DNA from: Squalus acanthias
Taxonomy: Eukaryota
NCBI GenBank assembly: GCA_030390025.1
Contig: JASTWF010000244.1
Coordinates: 62,001 to 126,000 of the forward strand
Direction of reading: 5' to 3'
DNA: 64,000 nt
Below, in pieces: positions 23,798 to 35,439 of the stretch; positions within the stretch are counted from its first letter, which is position 1; each line of letters opens with the position of its first letter. A program made the translations under genes and the position numbers. Under the pieces are notes generated by a model. That model did no database searches. It had not been told where the DNA came from and saw nothing but the letters and a program-made list of their open reading frames with translations.

Positions 23798-25701
23798 ACT
23801 TATCGCACCTGTACCTTGTTGACAATTGGAAAAAGTAATTGTTAATTACTTACCCTTGTGAGACAGATTTTAATTGCTAACACCTCTGAGACAACCAGAA
23901 AGAAAGGGACAGATAGACAAAGGCAGACACTTTCTTTCCTAATTCTAATTTGATTTTTTAAAATAATTAAATGTAATTTTAAAAGCAAATAAAGCCCAAA
24001 ACTCCACATTAGCAGAGGTGGGCATCCTGGAGAAAAAATGCATTTTGCTGTGACTTCTGAAGCAGGAAATGCAAATTTTGTTTCCCCCACCCGACCATTC
24101 CTTCTGTTAGACTCTCTGTTGACTAAATCCACTTGAATAACACTCCAGACTGAAACTCCTGGAATTGAAATAGGAGGTGAGTGGCAACAGTGAAGGAAGA
24201 AACCGTAGGGGACATGAGGTGCAATACTGAGGGGAAGGGAGGGGAGGGGAAGGAGAAATGATGCGGGAGATGAGGTTTAAAGTAAGGGGAAGGGGAGATT
24301 AATGCAAAAGCGGGTGATGGGAAGGGGAGATGAAAGGGGAAAGGGTGAGCGGCAACAGTGAGGGCAGAGAGAGAAGAGGAGAAGAAAAGGGAAACAGTGA
24401 GGGTGGCAAGGAGCGACAGTGAGAGGAGGGAGAGAACTGTCGATTGCACTTCCGATGGAGGAACCGTGGGAGCGTGCTGGGAGGCCAGTGCAATTTCAGG
24501 GCCATATTCCTTTTTTGATTCTTTGCTCCCACTCTAATATTTCACTTGAATAAGATTTTCTGGTGAGTTGTTTTGAATGAGAACTGGTTCTGCATGAATC
24601 CCATTTATCTATAAACCCAAGCAAGAAACCTCCTTAAAGGGAGTCAAATTCTTACATCAATAAAGGTTAAAACTGAATGTCAGGCTGCCTGAAGGGGAGA
24701 CATATTGCCCACTAATTGTGATAACAATCTGACTCAGATCACTGGAAATTTTGAAGCGGAAAGACATTTTTCTTTCTGGTAAAGAATGTATGAAAGTACA
24801 GGAAGTGAATGTTAAGAGGAATGGAGTTGCTGCAGGACCCAGGAAGCTGCTTCCTATCAGTGACATCACCACAACTACTCTGGAGGAAAAAAGTGGAAAT
24901 GGCAGTTTTCTATAAGGGGCAAGACATTTTTTTAATGTAATAATTATATAGACTTTGAACAGTAGGTATTCCCTTTAGACTCTCCTTTTAAATTAAGTCG
25001 ATCCACCCCCAATATTTTCCCAAATTGTTTTCTTGGTCTACAGTGTAAAACATGTACTGCCGTGATAAACCTACATGGAATTTGTTAACAAGTTCTAATG
25101 GTAGCCATGGCAGTCTTCATGCCCAGACTTTCTGCACCAAGATAATTGGCTATAAAAATTACTAGTAATCAACTGCTCCCTTCATCACTGAAGGGTATGA
25201 CATTCATTGATGCTAAAATTAAATTATTCTATAACAATACTTGAATGTTATAGTATTTTGTTTTCTTTGCACAGAGAATCCAAGTCAATAGCAGACCCTC
25301 AAGTGTAAGGCACGTGATGTTGGACTGCTACCACATGAAGATAATCTTCTACTAAAAGATCATGTTGAACTTCTGATGTCAGACAGACCCCAAATGCACC
25401 AAATGAACTGCTGGCCATGTCAATTTAGCTGTTTTCTCGCCATACTACATTTCTTCTGCTGTTGAAGCCGAGGACTGATCTGCATTGGCTGCTGATCCTA
25501 GTGGTCATTTTTTATAATTTATTTTAATTCACTTTATTATTTAAAGTGTCAGCCTTTGCTCAGTGCTAGCATTCTTTCCTCTGAGCTAGAGAGGAGTTGA
25601 ACAGCTATGTATATGTAAAATACATTCTGTGTAAATCACAAAACAGGTTCATCCTTAAAAAGGCCAACCAGCACCAGTTTATCTGGTCACCTGGAGATTT
25701 T

Positions 25702-26386
25702 GGGCTAGAAATTGGGTACCTTAGCACCTCCTGTTAGCGCCTCCGAGGGGTGTTAATGGGGCGCAAACGACTTTTTGCCTGGGTGCCGCTAATGACCCCC
25801 ACTAAATTCAGCGGGAGTTTAGCAGCGGCGGTAACTGGCCGCGCCCCGCGCCGCTGCACAGGTGATAATGACGTCATCACCGTGCGCAGCACCCCATTTT
25901 CGGCCCGCCTGCAATCTGCACCGGGTAATGACAGCGACCGATTCAGGGGGCAGGAATGGAGCGGCAGGAGGCTCGCGGGGCGCTAAGTAAAGGGGAGGTG
26001 GCGGGCGGGGAAAAACGATCGTTCAACTTGCTCGTCACAGCCTGTTGTGTCTTTGAACGCGGGGTCCGTGCCGCGATCTGGCAGCCCGGCACTCCTCTTG
26101 TGTGCCGGGCTACTGGCACGGCACCCCGCTCCCCGGTGGTCCAGGTAGGGCCCCGCAGAGTTGTGGGCTTGGGCCCTCCCCTTTAATGAGGGGAGGAGCC
26201 CTTCCATGCGGCAGCGCTACGTGGCCCAGTGCGTAGCGCTGCAGATTGCACCGCCCCGATATTCGGGGTTAGCGCTGTAAGAAGGAAGTGGAGCGCTTGA
26301 ATTAGCACTCCAACCCCTCTTGGGGCGCTAAAACTGAATTTTGCGGTGTTAGCGCCCCAAAATGGTCAAAACCGAATTTTTCCCCC
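25702..26386 (-). mobile_element. Non-autonomous Harbinger related to the element at 31681-35884, reversed
   Basis: TIRs GGGCTAGAAATT / AATTTTTCCCCC; subterminal TTAGCGCC/GGCGCTAA repeats; left end aligns to the reverse complement of 35820-35884. Confidence 0.8.
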
Positions 26387-26816
26387 GTTAGTTCTTCTTG
26401 ACATTGGTGCTGGTTTGATGTATTAACTGAGCCAGGAGGACATTGTTTCGGAGGTTAGAACAAATCCATTATCTACATCATTGAGTCATCCACTTTGGAA
26501 CTGGAGATTAACAAAAAGATAATTAAATAATCAAGATAGTTTAAGACAGTTTTGATAAAGTGCGCAGAAACAAAATGTTCTCTTCATATATTCTGCCTGA
26601 CCTGCTGAGTGTTTCCAGCAATTTCTGTTTTTTATCACTAAGAAAATTCAGCATTTTCTGCCCATATTGAATTCAATGTGAACACCAGGAAAATCAAAGA
26701 TAAAACAGGATATTTAATACTCTCTGGGAACTGAGAGGAAGTTTGAACCAGAAAAAGGAAACAAAGTTTTTTTAGAAACTGTGCCAAGAATGAGTACTGG
26801 AGTGAAAAAGATAGGT

Positions 26817-26960
26817 CATAGAGTTATACAGCACAGAAAGAGGCCCTTCGGCCCATCGTGTCTGCGCCGGCCATCAAGCCCTATCTATTCTAATCCCATT
26901 TTCCAGCACTTGGTTCGTAGCCTTGTGTGCTATGGTGTTTCAAGTGCTTATCTAAATGCT
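26817..26960 (-). mobile_element. CR1 3'-end fragment
   Basis: Reverse complement resembles the CR1 3' UTR/tail at ~38770-38830. Confidence 0.6.
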
Positions 26961-27400
26961 CATCTAAATAGGTGTGGTATAAAATAGGCCTGCCAATTTT
27001 ATACAGCCATTGTGTAAGAATAGTACTCTTCTGCATGGACTTTATTTGTTAATAGCACTTTAAACAAACCTAATAACACTATTTGAAGCCTAAACCGGCT
27101 TCAATCTCTCACCTGAAAAGTTTTCATCTGCCATGCTTGCAGTGGGGAAAGAGTTAAAATGACATCGCTGGCAGTTTCACTGAATGGTGTAAGAAAGACA
27201 GGTGCCAACATGAAAGGCCACATCTAAAAAGATGCGGTCAAGATAGCTGAGCTTTGAAGAGAAAAAAAGCAATTAAGTGGAGACAGGATGTCCAGCATTT
27301 CAACTGCCTTTAACAGCTTTATTACCTAGGTCGCATTCCAAGGTATCTTTTAATTAGCATTCAGCAGTTTGAGTGATTGATTGAGGAGGCAGCTTATATA

Positions 27401-27651
27401 TGTTTACATTAAGATTTGTAACCAATCCGTGAAGGTGCATGCGGGCCAAGATCCAATCAGGTGGCAGGAATGAATTGTGCATGAGCTGGACATATGTATT
27501 GTAATGTATAAAAATGTAGTGTTTGCTGTAACAATTTGGAGAAGTCTGGCTAAAGACAGAGCAGACTGTCTCCCCACCGGTGTAATAAAGACAACTTGAC
27601 TATCGATCCGAAAACCTTGTGTCGAGTGTTGGTTTAAAATACTCCACAACA
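27401..27651 (+). mobile_element. Partial LTR (U3 end, R, U5) related to the env-associated LTR
   Basis: Two CCAAT boxes, TATAAAA, AATAAA, ends ATACTCCACAACA; colinear with 35930-36147. Confidence 0.75.
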
Positions 27652-28667
27652 ATGCTTTCTTAGTAACTGAAATTTCCAGTTTTAACATTTCTAAGGGATT
27701 ATATAAAATAAATTTAAAAATATATTTCACAATAACAATTACATTTATCCATTGAATTGTCTTTTATATATTTTAATATTTTCACAGAGGTTTTACTTGA
27801 CTGCCTTAACCTCACAAACGACTGCACTTGGACTTGATATTCTTGTCCGGAGCTGTGACACTGTCAGCTGAATTTGGATTGTGCAGTGTACCCAATTTCC
27901 CAGGGTGCATCAGTACTGCTCAGTGCAGCATGAAGGCATCCTCCGTGCACAGGAACCTGATACAAAGGCGGACTGCAATCATGCTTGTACCCCACTGGGT
28001 GTCTGGTGCAAAAATTCCAGATTCTCATTCAGCTCCAACTGAAAATTCTCAATGGTTTCAGTGTGGAGCCCAGATTGCAGATGGATTATTTTAACATAGA
28101 ATCTTCCTCTTATTTTCTAATGATTCAGTATTAATGATCAGGCAAATAGCCTTGCAACCAGTGTTGTATCTATCAATGGTCCCTTCTTGCAGCTGATCAA
28201 TTATTCGGAGGCTTTGCCATATTGTATATTCTCTTCCATCTGTTGTAAAAACATGCCACTGAACAATTGCATTTGGCAGGACATTGAGTCCAGGTGGTGG
28301 TGTGGCCTTTATCATCTTGGTCTCTCCCTCTACACCTCTGGTACCATCTCCTTCAAGCACCTTGTAAATATAGGTGCACCAGGTAGAATAGTCATAGTAA
28401 GCCTTTGTTAATATAAATTATATATTCACATATTAAAGATGGATTCTATAGTGGTTGTAATGACTATACAAGGTCAGGCCTGGAATACAGGAGGCATTAC
28501 CTCATTAACCATCCATAAGAAGAGATAAGAAATATAGTAAGTATATTGTAAATCCATCAAGGATACTGTAGGGAGTGATCTGGTATGAAGAGCGCTTGTG
28601 TTCAATGTTTCCTCTAAAATAGAGGCATCATAAGTAGGATGCGACGAATAGATGCAGTGTCCATTGA

Positions 28668-31050
28668 ATGCCTCGACAATGCCGGGGCGCGGACGAGAAC
28701 ACCGGTACATGTAGTAAATCAAATGGAAGGTATGAAATAAGAAGGGGACAGAAGCCAACCCCGCCGCCCCCTCTGCCATGTCCCGAAATATGGGAGGGAG
28801 CCCGAGGCGGTCTGGTTGTGAAACAAACCAGAAAGGTGGGATATTTTGGAGTGTCCCACCAAACAATTAAAATTGCCCTTAATATCAGCAGGATAGCCTT
28901 ACCCGAGCAATGTGATAAACACACGACGGGATTATGGGAGAATTTATTAAAGAAACAATTAATAGGACCACAAGGGCGATTAAATAGGAAAAAGAGGGAG
29001 GTCCTAGAAATGGCAGGAGCAGGGTATGCGGCGGGGGTGGCAACTGTTAACACCTTTGACATAAGCAGTATAGACCAAGAAGTCCAAGGCTTAGCTCAAC
29101 GCTTAAAGACCCTTCTGAAGAAGGGTAACGATCTGACTTCCCGGTTATCAGTGATAGGGTGACCTGTAGGTTTGGATAACCTTTACATGTATATTATAGT
29201 TGCGTTAGAAGCCATGCTGTTAAAATGTTACTGTAACTGCAAGGCATGATGGGATGCTTGACCAAAACCAGACCAAAGCATAGTGTCAGCATTTAACAGT
29301 AGCAGTAGTTGTAATAAAGTTTCTTCACGAAACCTTGAATCCGGAACAATGAACAAAGATAATGGTAACTGAAGACTGGATAAGATAAACAAAACTGCAG
29401 AAAGGCAGAAGTAAGGACCTTGGGTCCGGGATAGTTGAGATAGCGGGAAGCATCTGTCCAAGCCTACGTAACCGGTAATTAACGGTTGATTATGTATAAA
29501 TAAACTGCCACGACCATTGTAAATTTGAGAGACTTCGGTACGCTGAAGGCTCTCCCCTGCATGCTTGTAATAAAGTTTCTCTCATATCGCAGCCTACCCT
29601 TGACTCCGAGTGGTTTCTTTCCACAACAACTTGGCAACTTAACTCTTTTAGAAATTGCGGGGGTCTCCTACCCGGCCCTCTCCTGGCCGTTGGAGAAACC
29701 TAAACTCGCGGGGGCCTCCTACCCACAGAGAGACTCCCTTTAACCTCTCTCCCCCGGCCCTCACCTGGACGTCGGAGAAAGTTAACTCTTTTAAGCTCAA
29801 CGCTTAAAGACCCTTCTGAAGAAGGGTAACGATCTGACTTCCCGGTTATCAGGAACAGGGGAAGAAATCGCTAGACAGATGCTACAGGTCGAGGAGATCC
29901 GAGAGCCTCATGCCCACACCATTAATAAAATAAGTGCACGACTGAATGATCTAACCCAAGAAACACATAAAGAACTCGTATGTGCAATGTACGGCACATG
30001 GTTACTGGGGAATATCCAACATAATATAAATCAGATGAAACAGGTAAGATACCCGATTGGATAAGTAATGATCAGTTGTCCAAATGGACACGTGACGGTA
30101 TTGCCCTCTGCGATGTGCGGAAGACAACACAAGTGTTCCTATCTCCAAGTAATTGCATTACTAAAAAACTGAAACTGATAGGTATGATTTTAGCTATTCC
30201 ACAAATAGAGGTCTCGGAGGCCGAACCTCTGTGGGCAGTACAGAACATAGGCGAAGTACAAGGTCAATCCCGGGTAAAATTCCACGATACGCCGCTTATG
30301 CGGTAAAACAAAGTGACACATTCCAAGGGGTGCAAATCGAAGGTTGCACTCAATATTTGGATGTGGTAGTGTGCGCACACCCCATGGAGGGAGGGCAATT
30401 CACGATGTGCAGGTTCACTCAGACGGTTAATTGCACGTTGGAGATTAGTCCCCTCAGTCATAGAGGAACTGAGGTGGCAGCCCAGGATAATGGGACGTAC
30501 TGTATATCTACTAACGAAAATAAGTACGATCATGGTGGTACTGAATGTGCGATCCCACAACCTAACTTCTGTTTTACGCCTAAAATTGTGGTCAAGCTGC
30601 AATCGATACCTATTCCCACAACGAGAGGAACACGCCGAGAACATCACCTTAAACAACCCGAGCTGAGATGATGAAATGAAACAATATGAGATACCGAGTT
30701 GGCAAGACATTCCACGTCTCGAAGAACACTTGACTCAATTGAAAAAGGACACTGAGAAGAGCATATGACATTATCATGAGATCTTGGAAGATTCCATACA
30801 GCATTCAAAGGACATCGAAGAAACCCTGAAAGACACTCAATGGTGGGAACGTGTATGGGATTGGGGACTGAATGTTGATTTACATCCATGGATTCATATA
30901 ATCTCACATGTATTGGTAATTGTGCAACTTGTATTGGTAATAATGTTACTCTTAATGGCATGTGCGGGATGTAAAAGAGTACAGAGGAAGAGAAAGGCAA
31001 AAGCTTTAGTGAAGGAACAGGAAAAATTAATGCGCTCTGGAATGATCTGA
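28668..31050 (+). pseudogene. env: Endogenous retrovirus-like env, paramyxo/pneumovirus F-like class I fusion glycoprotein (disrupted)
   Basis: Furin site RKKR, fusion peptide EVLEMAGAGYAAGVATVN, heptad repeat, Cys-rich beta region, second heptad, Trp-rich WWERVWDW, TM IISHVLVIVQLVLVIMLLLM, basic tail; about three frameshifts, stops and an insertion; followed by PPT and LTR. Confidence 0.85.
29152..29628 (+). mobile_element. LTR (TG...CA, 477 bp) inserted in env, followed by ~165 bp of extra sequence to 29793
   Basis: Starts TGATAGG, TATAAAT ~29494, AATAAA ~29569, ends CCACAACA then ACTTGGC (PBS-like start); flanked by a 59-bp direct repeat of env. Confidence 0.8.
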
Positions 31051-31119
31051 GTTACTAAGAATAAGCATAGGGAGAGAAATAGATTAATGGGCTCTTGTAG
31101 TGGTAGGCTTTTAATTAAT

Positions 31120-31132
31120 GGCAGGGGAAGGA
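31120..31132 (+). other. Polypurine tract
   Basis: GGCAGGGGAAGGA directly before TG at 31133, ~70 bp after the env stop. Confidence 0.7.
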
Positions 31133-32039
31133 TGAAATAACAATAATGCTCACAATTGACACACCTGAAGCCACACACCTCCTATGACCAAATTGAGCTG
31201 ATCACTCAAGATGTAATGGGAAAAGGAAGTGTGTGGGTTGGGTGATTTACTTGAACTATTGTGCAAGTTCCAAAAGCGGGGACTGAAGTGGGGCTTTCGA
31301 GCTCTACTATAATTAAAGGATTAAGAATGGGAATCGAATGAGCTAATAGGCCTTTGCAATAGTAAGCTTTTTCTAAGTTGCTGAACTGGCAGTTGAGATA
31401 ACCTAAGAATGACGTTGATTTTGCAGTAGAGTTAGAATGATTGACGACTGCAAGCTGTGTGACTTGGAGACAATTGCAAATAGCCGGACGTTGAACCATA
31501 AGAGGCCGAGAGGATGTAAGTTCTGCTCTGGCAGGAAAGTAGAACAATGAGTGGGAAGTAAAAAGGCCTAGAGGGGCAGGAAAGCAGGACAATGAGTCAG
31601 AAGTACAATGTTGGTGAGACCCCACCTGGCATAAACAAAGGTTATAGTTGCAACAACAGCTTGCGGTGATAACGGACATAGGGGTAGAAATTAGGTCGCG
31701 CCCCATTTGGGGCGCAAATATCGTCTGGACGCAAATATTAGCGCCTGGCGCTAATTATCGGCACTGACAGGAAACTTCACTTTTACCGCCCCGGGAGGTG
31801 AGTGGAGCGCTAAAGCAGGCGCTGCACACCTGTCTTAAGGCGCAAAGGCCAAGGAGTGAGGCGCTAACTCAGCGCGCGAGCGCAGCGCAGCTGCTGCCAG
31901 TTAGCGAGGGAACACAGACACACTGGCGCCGGACACTTCTTAAAGCGGGGGGGGGCCACTTGCTCCCCAGCCACACCCTGCTCATTGCAGCCTTGAATCT
32001 CAGCCTGGAGAGACCTGTGAATCCATTTTGCTGCCAAGC

Positions 32040-33915
32040 ATGGAGAGGGTGAGAGAACGCGCTCATCGCTTCACCGAGCGGGCCTTGGATGCTCTGGTTG
32101 GCGCAGTGGAGCGCAGACGATGTATGCTGTTCCCTGAGAGTGGCAGGAGGCCTTTGCCACGCGAGTTCAGAAGAGTGTGGAGGGAGGTGGCTCAGAGCGT
32201 CTCCTCCAGGAGCATGGTGCCCAGGACCCATACTCAATGCCGCAAAAAGTTCAACGACCTCACTCGGGTCGTCAGGGTGAGTGGCTTTTTCTCAATACCT
32301 CTCCATCCCTCCATCTCAACCTCACTCCATGGCCAGAGGGTCTTAAAACCCCAATGCACAACACTCATCCAACACCTATGGCCCGATCATCAAACACACA
32401 CACACATTCCACACTTTGCATACAGTAAGGGCTATTCACCTATGGGAGGCACATCAGGCAAGACCATGGCTGTATATTGTAAGGGCTATTCACCTATGGG
32501 AGGCACATCAGGCAAGACCATGGCTGTATATTGTAAGGGCTATTCACCTATGGGAGGCACATCAGGCAAGACCATGGCTGTATATTTACTCAGATGCTGT
32601 CCTTTTTCTTGCAGGCTAAGCTGGCTCATAATAGGAGACAGCAGCAACGGACAGGTGGAGGGCGGCCTCAGCTGCAACCCCTCAGCGATCTGGAGGAGCG
32701 CGTCCACAGGATTGTGGCAAGCCGGGTGATCGGTCCCGTCGCCACTGGAGACGCCGACCCCGTTCTGGACAGCAATGGTAAGGTCATCACCTTTTTGTCC
32801 TCTGTCCTTCCACTTGTCCCTCACAACACCAGCCTTTGACACTTTCAATCCAACTTGCTAACTCGCTGCACTTATTCCTCCCTTACTGCCACCCTGTCCT
32901 CACGCTAAAGCCACTCTTGTACCTCCCTGCTTTCAGATGGTGATTCACCAGCTGAGGAGACGGGCCCTGAAGCTGCCACTGGGAGTGATGCTGCAGCTGA
33001 GGAGGAAGAGGAAGCCAGAGCATCAGTGCCACCCTCTCCCGAGGAAGCCCATCCCCACACTGGGAACACGCCTTCCCCGGAGGGGAGCAGGGGGGAAGGG
33101 GCTGATGAGGGTGAAGCTCCAGGACCCAGCGGGCTGCAGCAACGCCATGGGGGGGTAGGGAAGAACGGGGGCCTTCTCCCCAGAGGGAGAGTATGCCAGA
33201 CACTCCTACTGCAATGGACGCAGAGGAGGAGCGGCTGATTGCAGAAATGAACACCCAGGCGGTGGGCATGCACACTGAGCTCATGGGTGCAGTGGGAAGG
33301 GTGCCCGAATGCATTGAGTCACTGGCAAGGAGTGTGGAGCACTTCGCTGTAGCACAGGCGGATGCCACACTAACGCTTAGTGCTGCAATTCAGTCACTGG
33401 CTGCCGTGATCCCATCTCTGACTGCTCTCATACAGACTCAGATGGAGGCCACGCGAGCACAGACTGCTGCCAACCTCGATGGTTCGTGCACATGTCCCTG
33501 GGGCTGTCACCGCGCCGCAGCAGGCCAGCAATCTGTTCTCCAGCAGATTGCTCCGGATGCTGAAGTGCTGCCCCGTGGGGGTGCCAGTGTGTCGGGCGAG
33601 CAGGGAGTTGCTGTCCTCTCTCACGATGACAGCATTCCTGCTGCCAACACTGTCACTTCTCCACTGCACTTGCCACCGCCTGTAGGACAGACTGCTGCCG
33701 CCCATGCAGAGTTGGTGCAGTCTGCAGCCGGGCCCTCCAGGCCCAGAAGTGGTCGAGGCCGTCCTTCAGGGGCATCTGCAGTGTCAGGGTCTGACGAGCA
33801 GCAGCCTTCCACCAGCCTTGCTGCAGCCACTGAGGTCCCATTACGGAGGAGCAGTAGGGTTAGAAGGGGGGAAGTGCGCAAGGGAAGGAGATCACCCTCG
33901 AAGGGCAAAAAGTAG
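32040..33915 (+). CDS. Harbinger Myb/SANT-like DNA-binding partner, 3 exons (32040-32276, 32615-32777, 32937-33915); 1-nt frameshift probably at G7 33149-33155
   Basis: RAHRFTERALDALV...W..VA..VS...RTHTQCRKKFNDL; GT-AG introns of phase 0 and 1; exon 2 has RTGGG motif; acidic linker then coiled coil. Confidence 0.85.
32425..32586 (+). repeat. 54-bp tandem repeat, 3 perfect copies, in Myb gene intron 1
   Basis: GTAAGGGCTATTCACCTATGGGAGGCACATCAGGCAAGACCATGGCTGTATATT at 32425, 32479 and 32533. Confidence 0.97.
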
Positions 33916-34209
33916 GAGGTGTGACAAAGTGCTGGTCATTTTTTTATTAAAGGCCGAGGTTCATGGTCCAACTTTTGTTTAGTGTTTTGGACATTATCTC
34001 CAGGTTGTGAGAACCAGTTATGTTATTGACTGTTTTTTTGTGTTTATTTCTATGAGTTTGTCATGAGGAATTGACACACACAGAGTTTGTAAAATAAATA
34101 AGTTTCTGTATTCAAAATATACATGGCTGGTGGTTGGAATTATTGGTGCCTTGGCCGGCTTAGGGGTTGCGTGCTGGGTTGATTAATGTTGGTAGCAATG
34201 GCAGGGGCC

Positions 34210-35439
34210 CTAGAAGCGGCTTGCTATTAGCCGTTGACGGACGGCCCTTGCAGTTTGACCATTGTGGGCCGCCCTCCCGCCTTGGTGCTGCTGCTGATCA
34301 TCGTCCTCGTCTTCTTCCTCCTCTTCCTCCTCCTCCTCTGGTGGTGCTACAAGGCCTGGTGGCATTGGCTGGGTCCTGAGGATTGCCATGTTGTGCAACA
34401 TGCAGCACACGACTACGAAGTTCGATACTTGCTCAGGCGAGTACTGCAGGGCTCCTCCGGAATGGTCCAGACAGCGGAACCGTTGTTTCAGCACGCCGAT
34501 TGTGCGCTCAATAATGTTCCTGGTTGCTTGATGGCTTTCATTGTACCGCAGCTCAGCAGGGGTGTTTGGCGTACGGAGCGGTGTCATCAGCCAGGTGCTC
34601 AATGCGTACCCCTTGTCCCCGAGAAGCCAACCAACTGGCTGATGCGGTGCCTCGAAAACTTCTGCCACAGTAGTCTGGCGCAGGATAAAAGCATCGTGGC
34701 AGCTGCCAGGATAGTGGGCATTGACAGCGAGTATCACCTGTCTGTGGTCACAGACCAACTGGACATTCAAGGAATGGAACCCCTTTCTGTTCCTGAATTC
34801 CTCTGCATTCTCACGCGGAGCACGCAAAGCCACATGCGGGCAGTCAATGGCGCCCTGCACCATGGGGAAGCCCGCTACCCTCGCAAAGCCCAGAGCGCAG
34901 TCACGCTGCTTGTCTGGGGTCATAGGGAAAGAGATGAACTCTCGTCTCCTTCTGAAGAGGGCATTGGTGACCTGCCGGATGCAGCGATGCACCGCGAACT
35001 GGGAGATATTGGCGAGGTCCCCAACAGCAGCTTGGAATGAGCCAGTGGCGTAGAAGTTCAAAGCCACTGTGACCTTCACTGCCACCGACAGAGACGTCCT
35101 GGACCTCAGCTGAGGCTGCAGATCTGGCTGCAGCAGGTGGCAGAGCTCAGTGACCACCTCCTTGCTGAATCGCAGCCTTCGCAAACACAGCTCCTCGGAC
35201 ATATGGATGTAGGAGAGCTGTTCACGATATACCCTGGGAGGGTAAGCTCTCCTGTACATGCGCCTGATGGCCCTCCTCCGTCTGGCCATCATTGCCACTC
35301 TCTGTCTGCATCTCTGTATCCTCCGATTCAGCTGGAGCAGGACGACGCCCCCAATCAGTGCAGCCCCCATATTCTCTTTGCCAGAAAAGTAATGAGGGAC
35401 AGCAACTAAAGTAGCAACAAAGTTAGGATGAATAGGCAA
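34210..35439 (-). CDS. Harbinger DDE transposase (HARBI1-like, DDE_Tnp_4), uninterrupted ORF
   Basis: ALNFYATGSFQ, GAIDCPHV, NRKGFHSLNVQLVCD, PGSCHDAFIL, LGDKGY, IERTIGVLKQRFRCL, CCMLHN; translation may start at the second Met (MGAALIGG). Confidence 0.93.
   Translation of the reverse strand: MPIHPNFVATLVAVPHYFSGKENMGAALIGGVVLLQLNRRIQRCRQRVAMMARRRRAIRRMYRRAYPPRVYREQLSYIHMSEELCLRRLRFSKEVVTELCHLLQPDLQPQLRSRTSLSVAVKVTVALNFYATGSFQAAVGDLANISQFAVHRCIRQVTNALFRRRREFISFPMTPDKQRDCALGFARVAGFPMVQGAIDCPHVALRAPRENAEEFRNRKGFHSLNVQLVCDHRQVILAVNAHYPGSCHDAFILRQTTVAEVFEAPHQPVGWLLGDKGYALSTWLMTPLRTPNTPAELRYNESHQATRNIIERTIGVLKQRFRCLDHSGGALQYSPEQVSNFVVVCCMLHNMAILRTQPMPPGLVAPPEEEEEEEEEDEDDDQQQHQGGRAAHNGQTARAVRQRLIASRF

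Noticed and set aside
30041-30050. CAG|GTAAGA as a splice donor in env
   Set aside because: A one-base frameshift gives continuous env sequence (GKIPDWIS), a simpler explanation.
28668-31050. Co-opted intact env (syncytin-like)
   Set aside because: Multiple frameshifts, stops and an LTR insertion; no clear signal peptide.
32425-32586. Direct repeats resembling a CRISPR array
   Set aside because: Head-to-tail with no spacers, no cas genes, eukaryotic intron.
34234-35040. 268-aa ORF antisense to the transposase
   Set aside because: Shadow ORF of a GC-rich coding strand; no motifs.
34210-35439. Domesticated HARBI1 gene
   Set aside because: Lies between TIRs with a TSD inside an LTR and has non-autonomous relatives, so it is a transposon copy.
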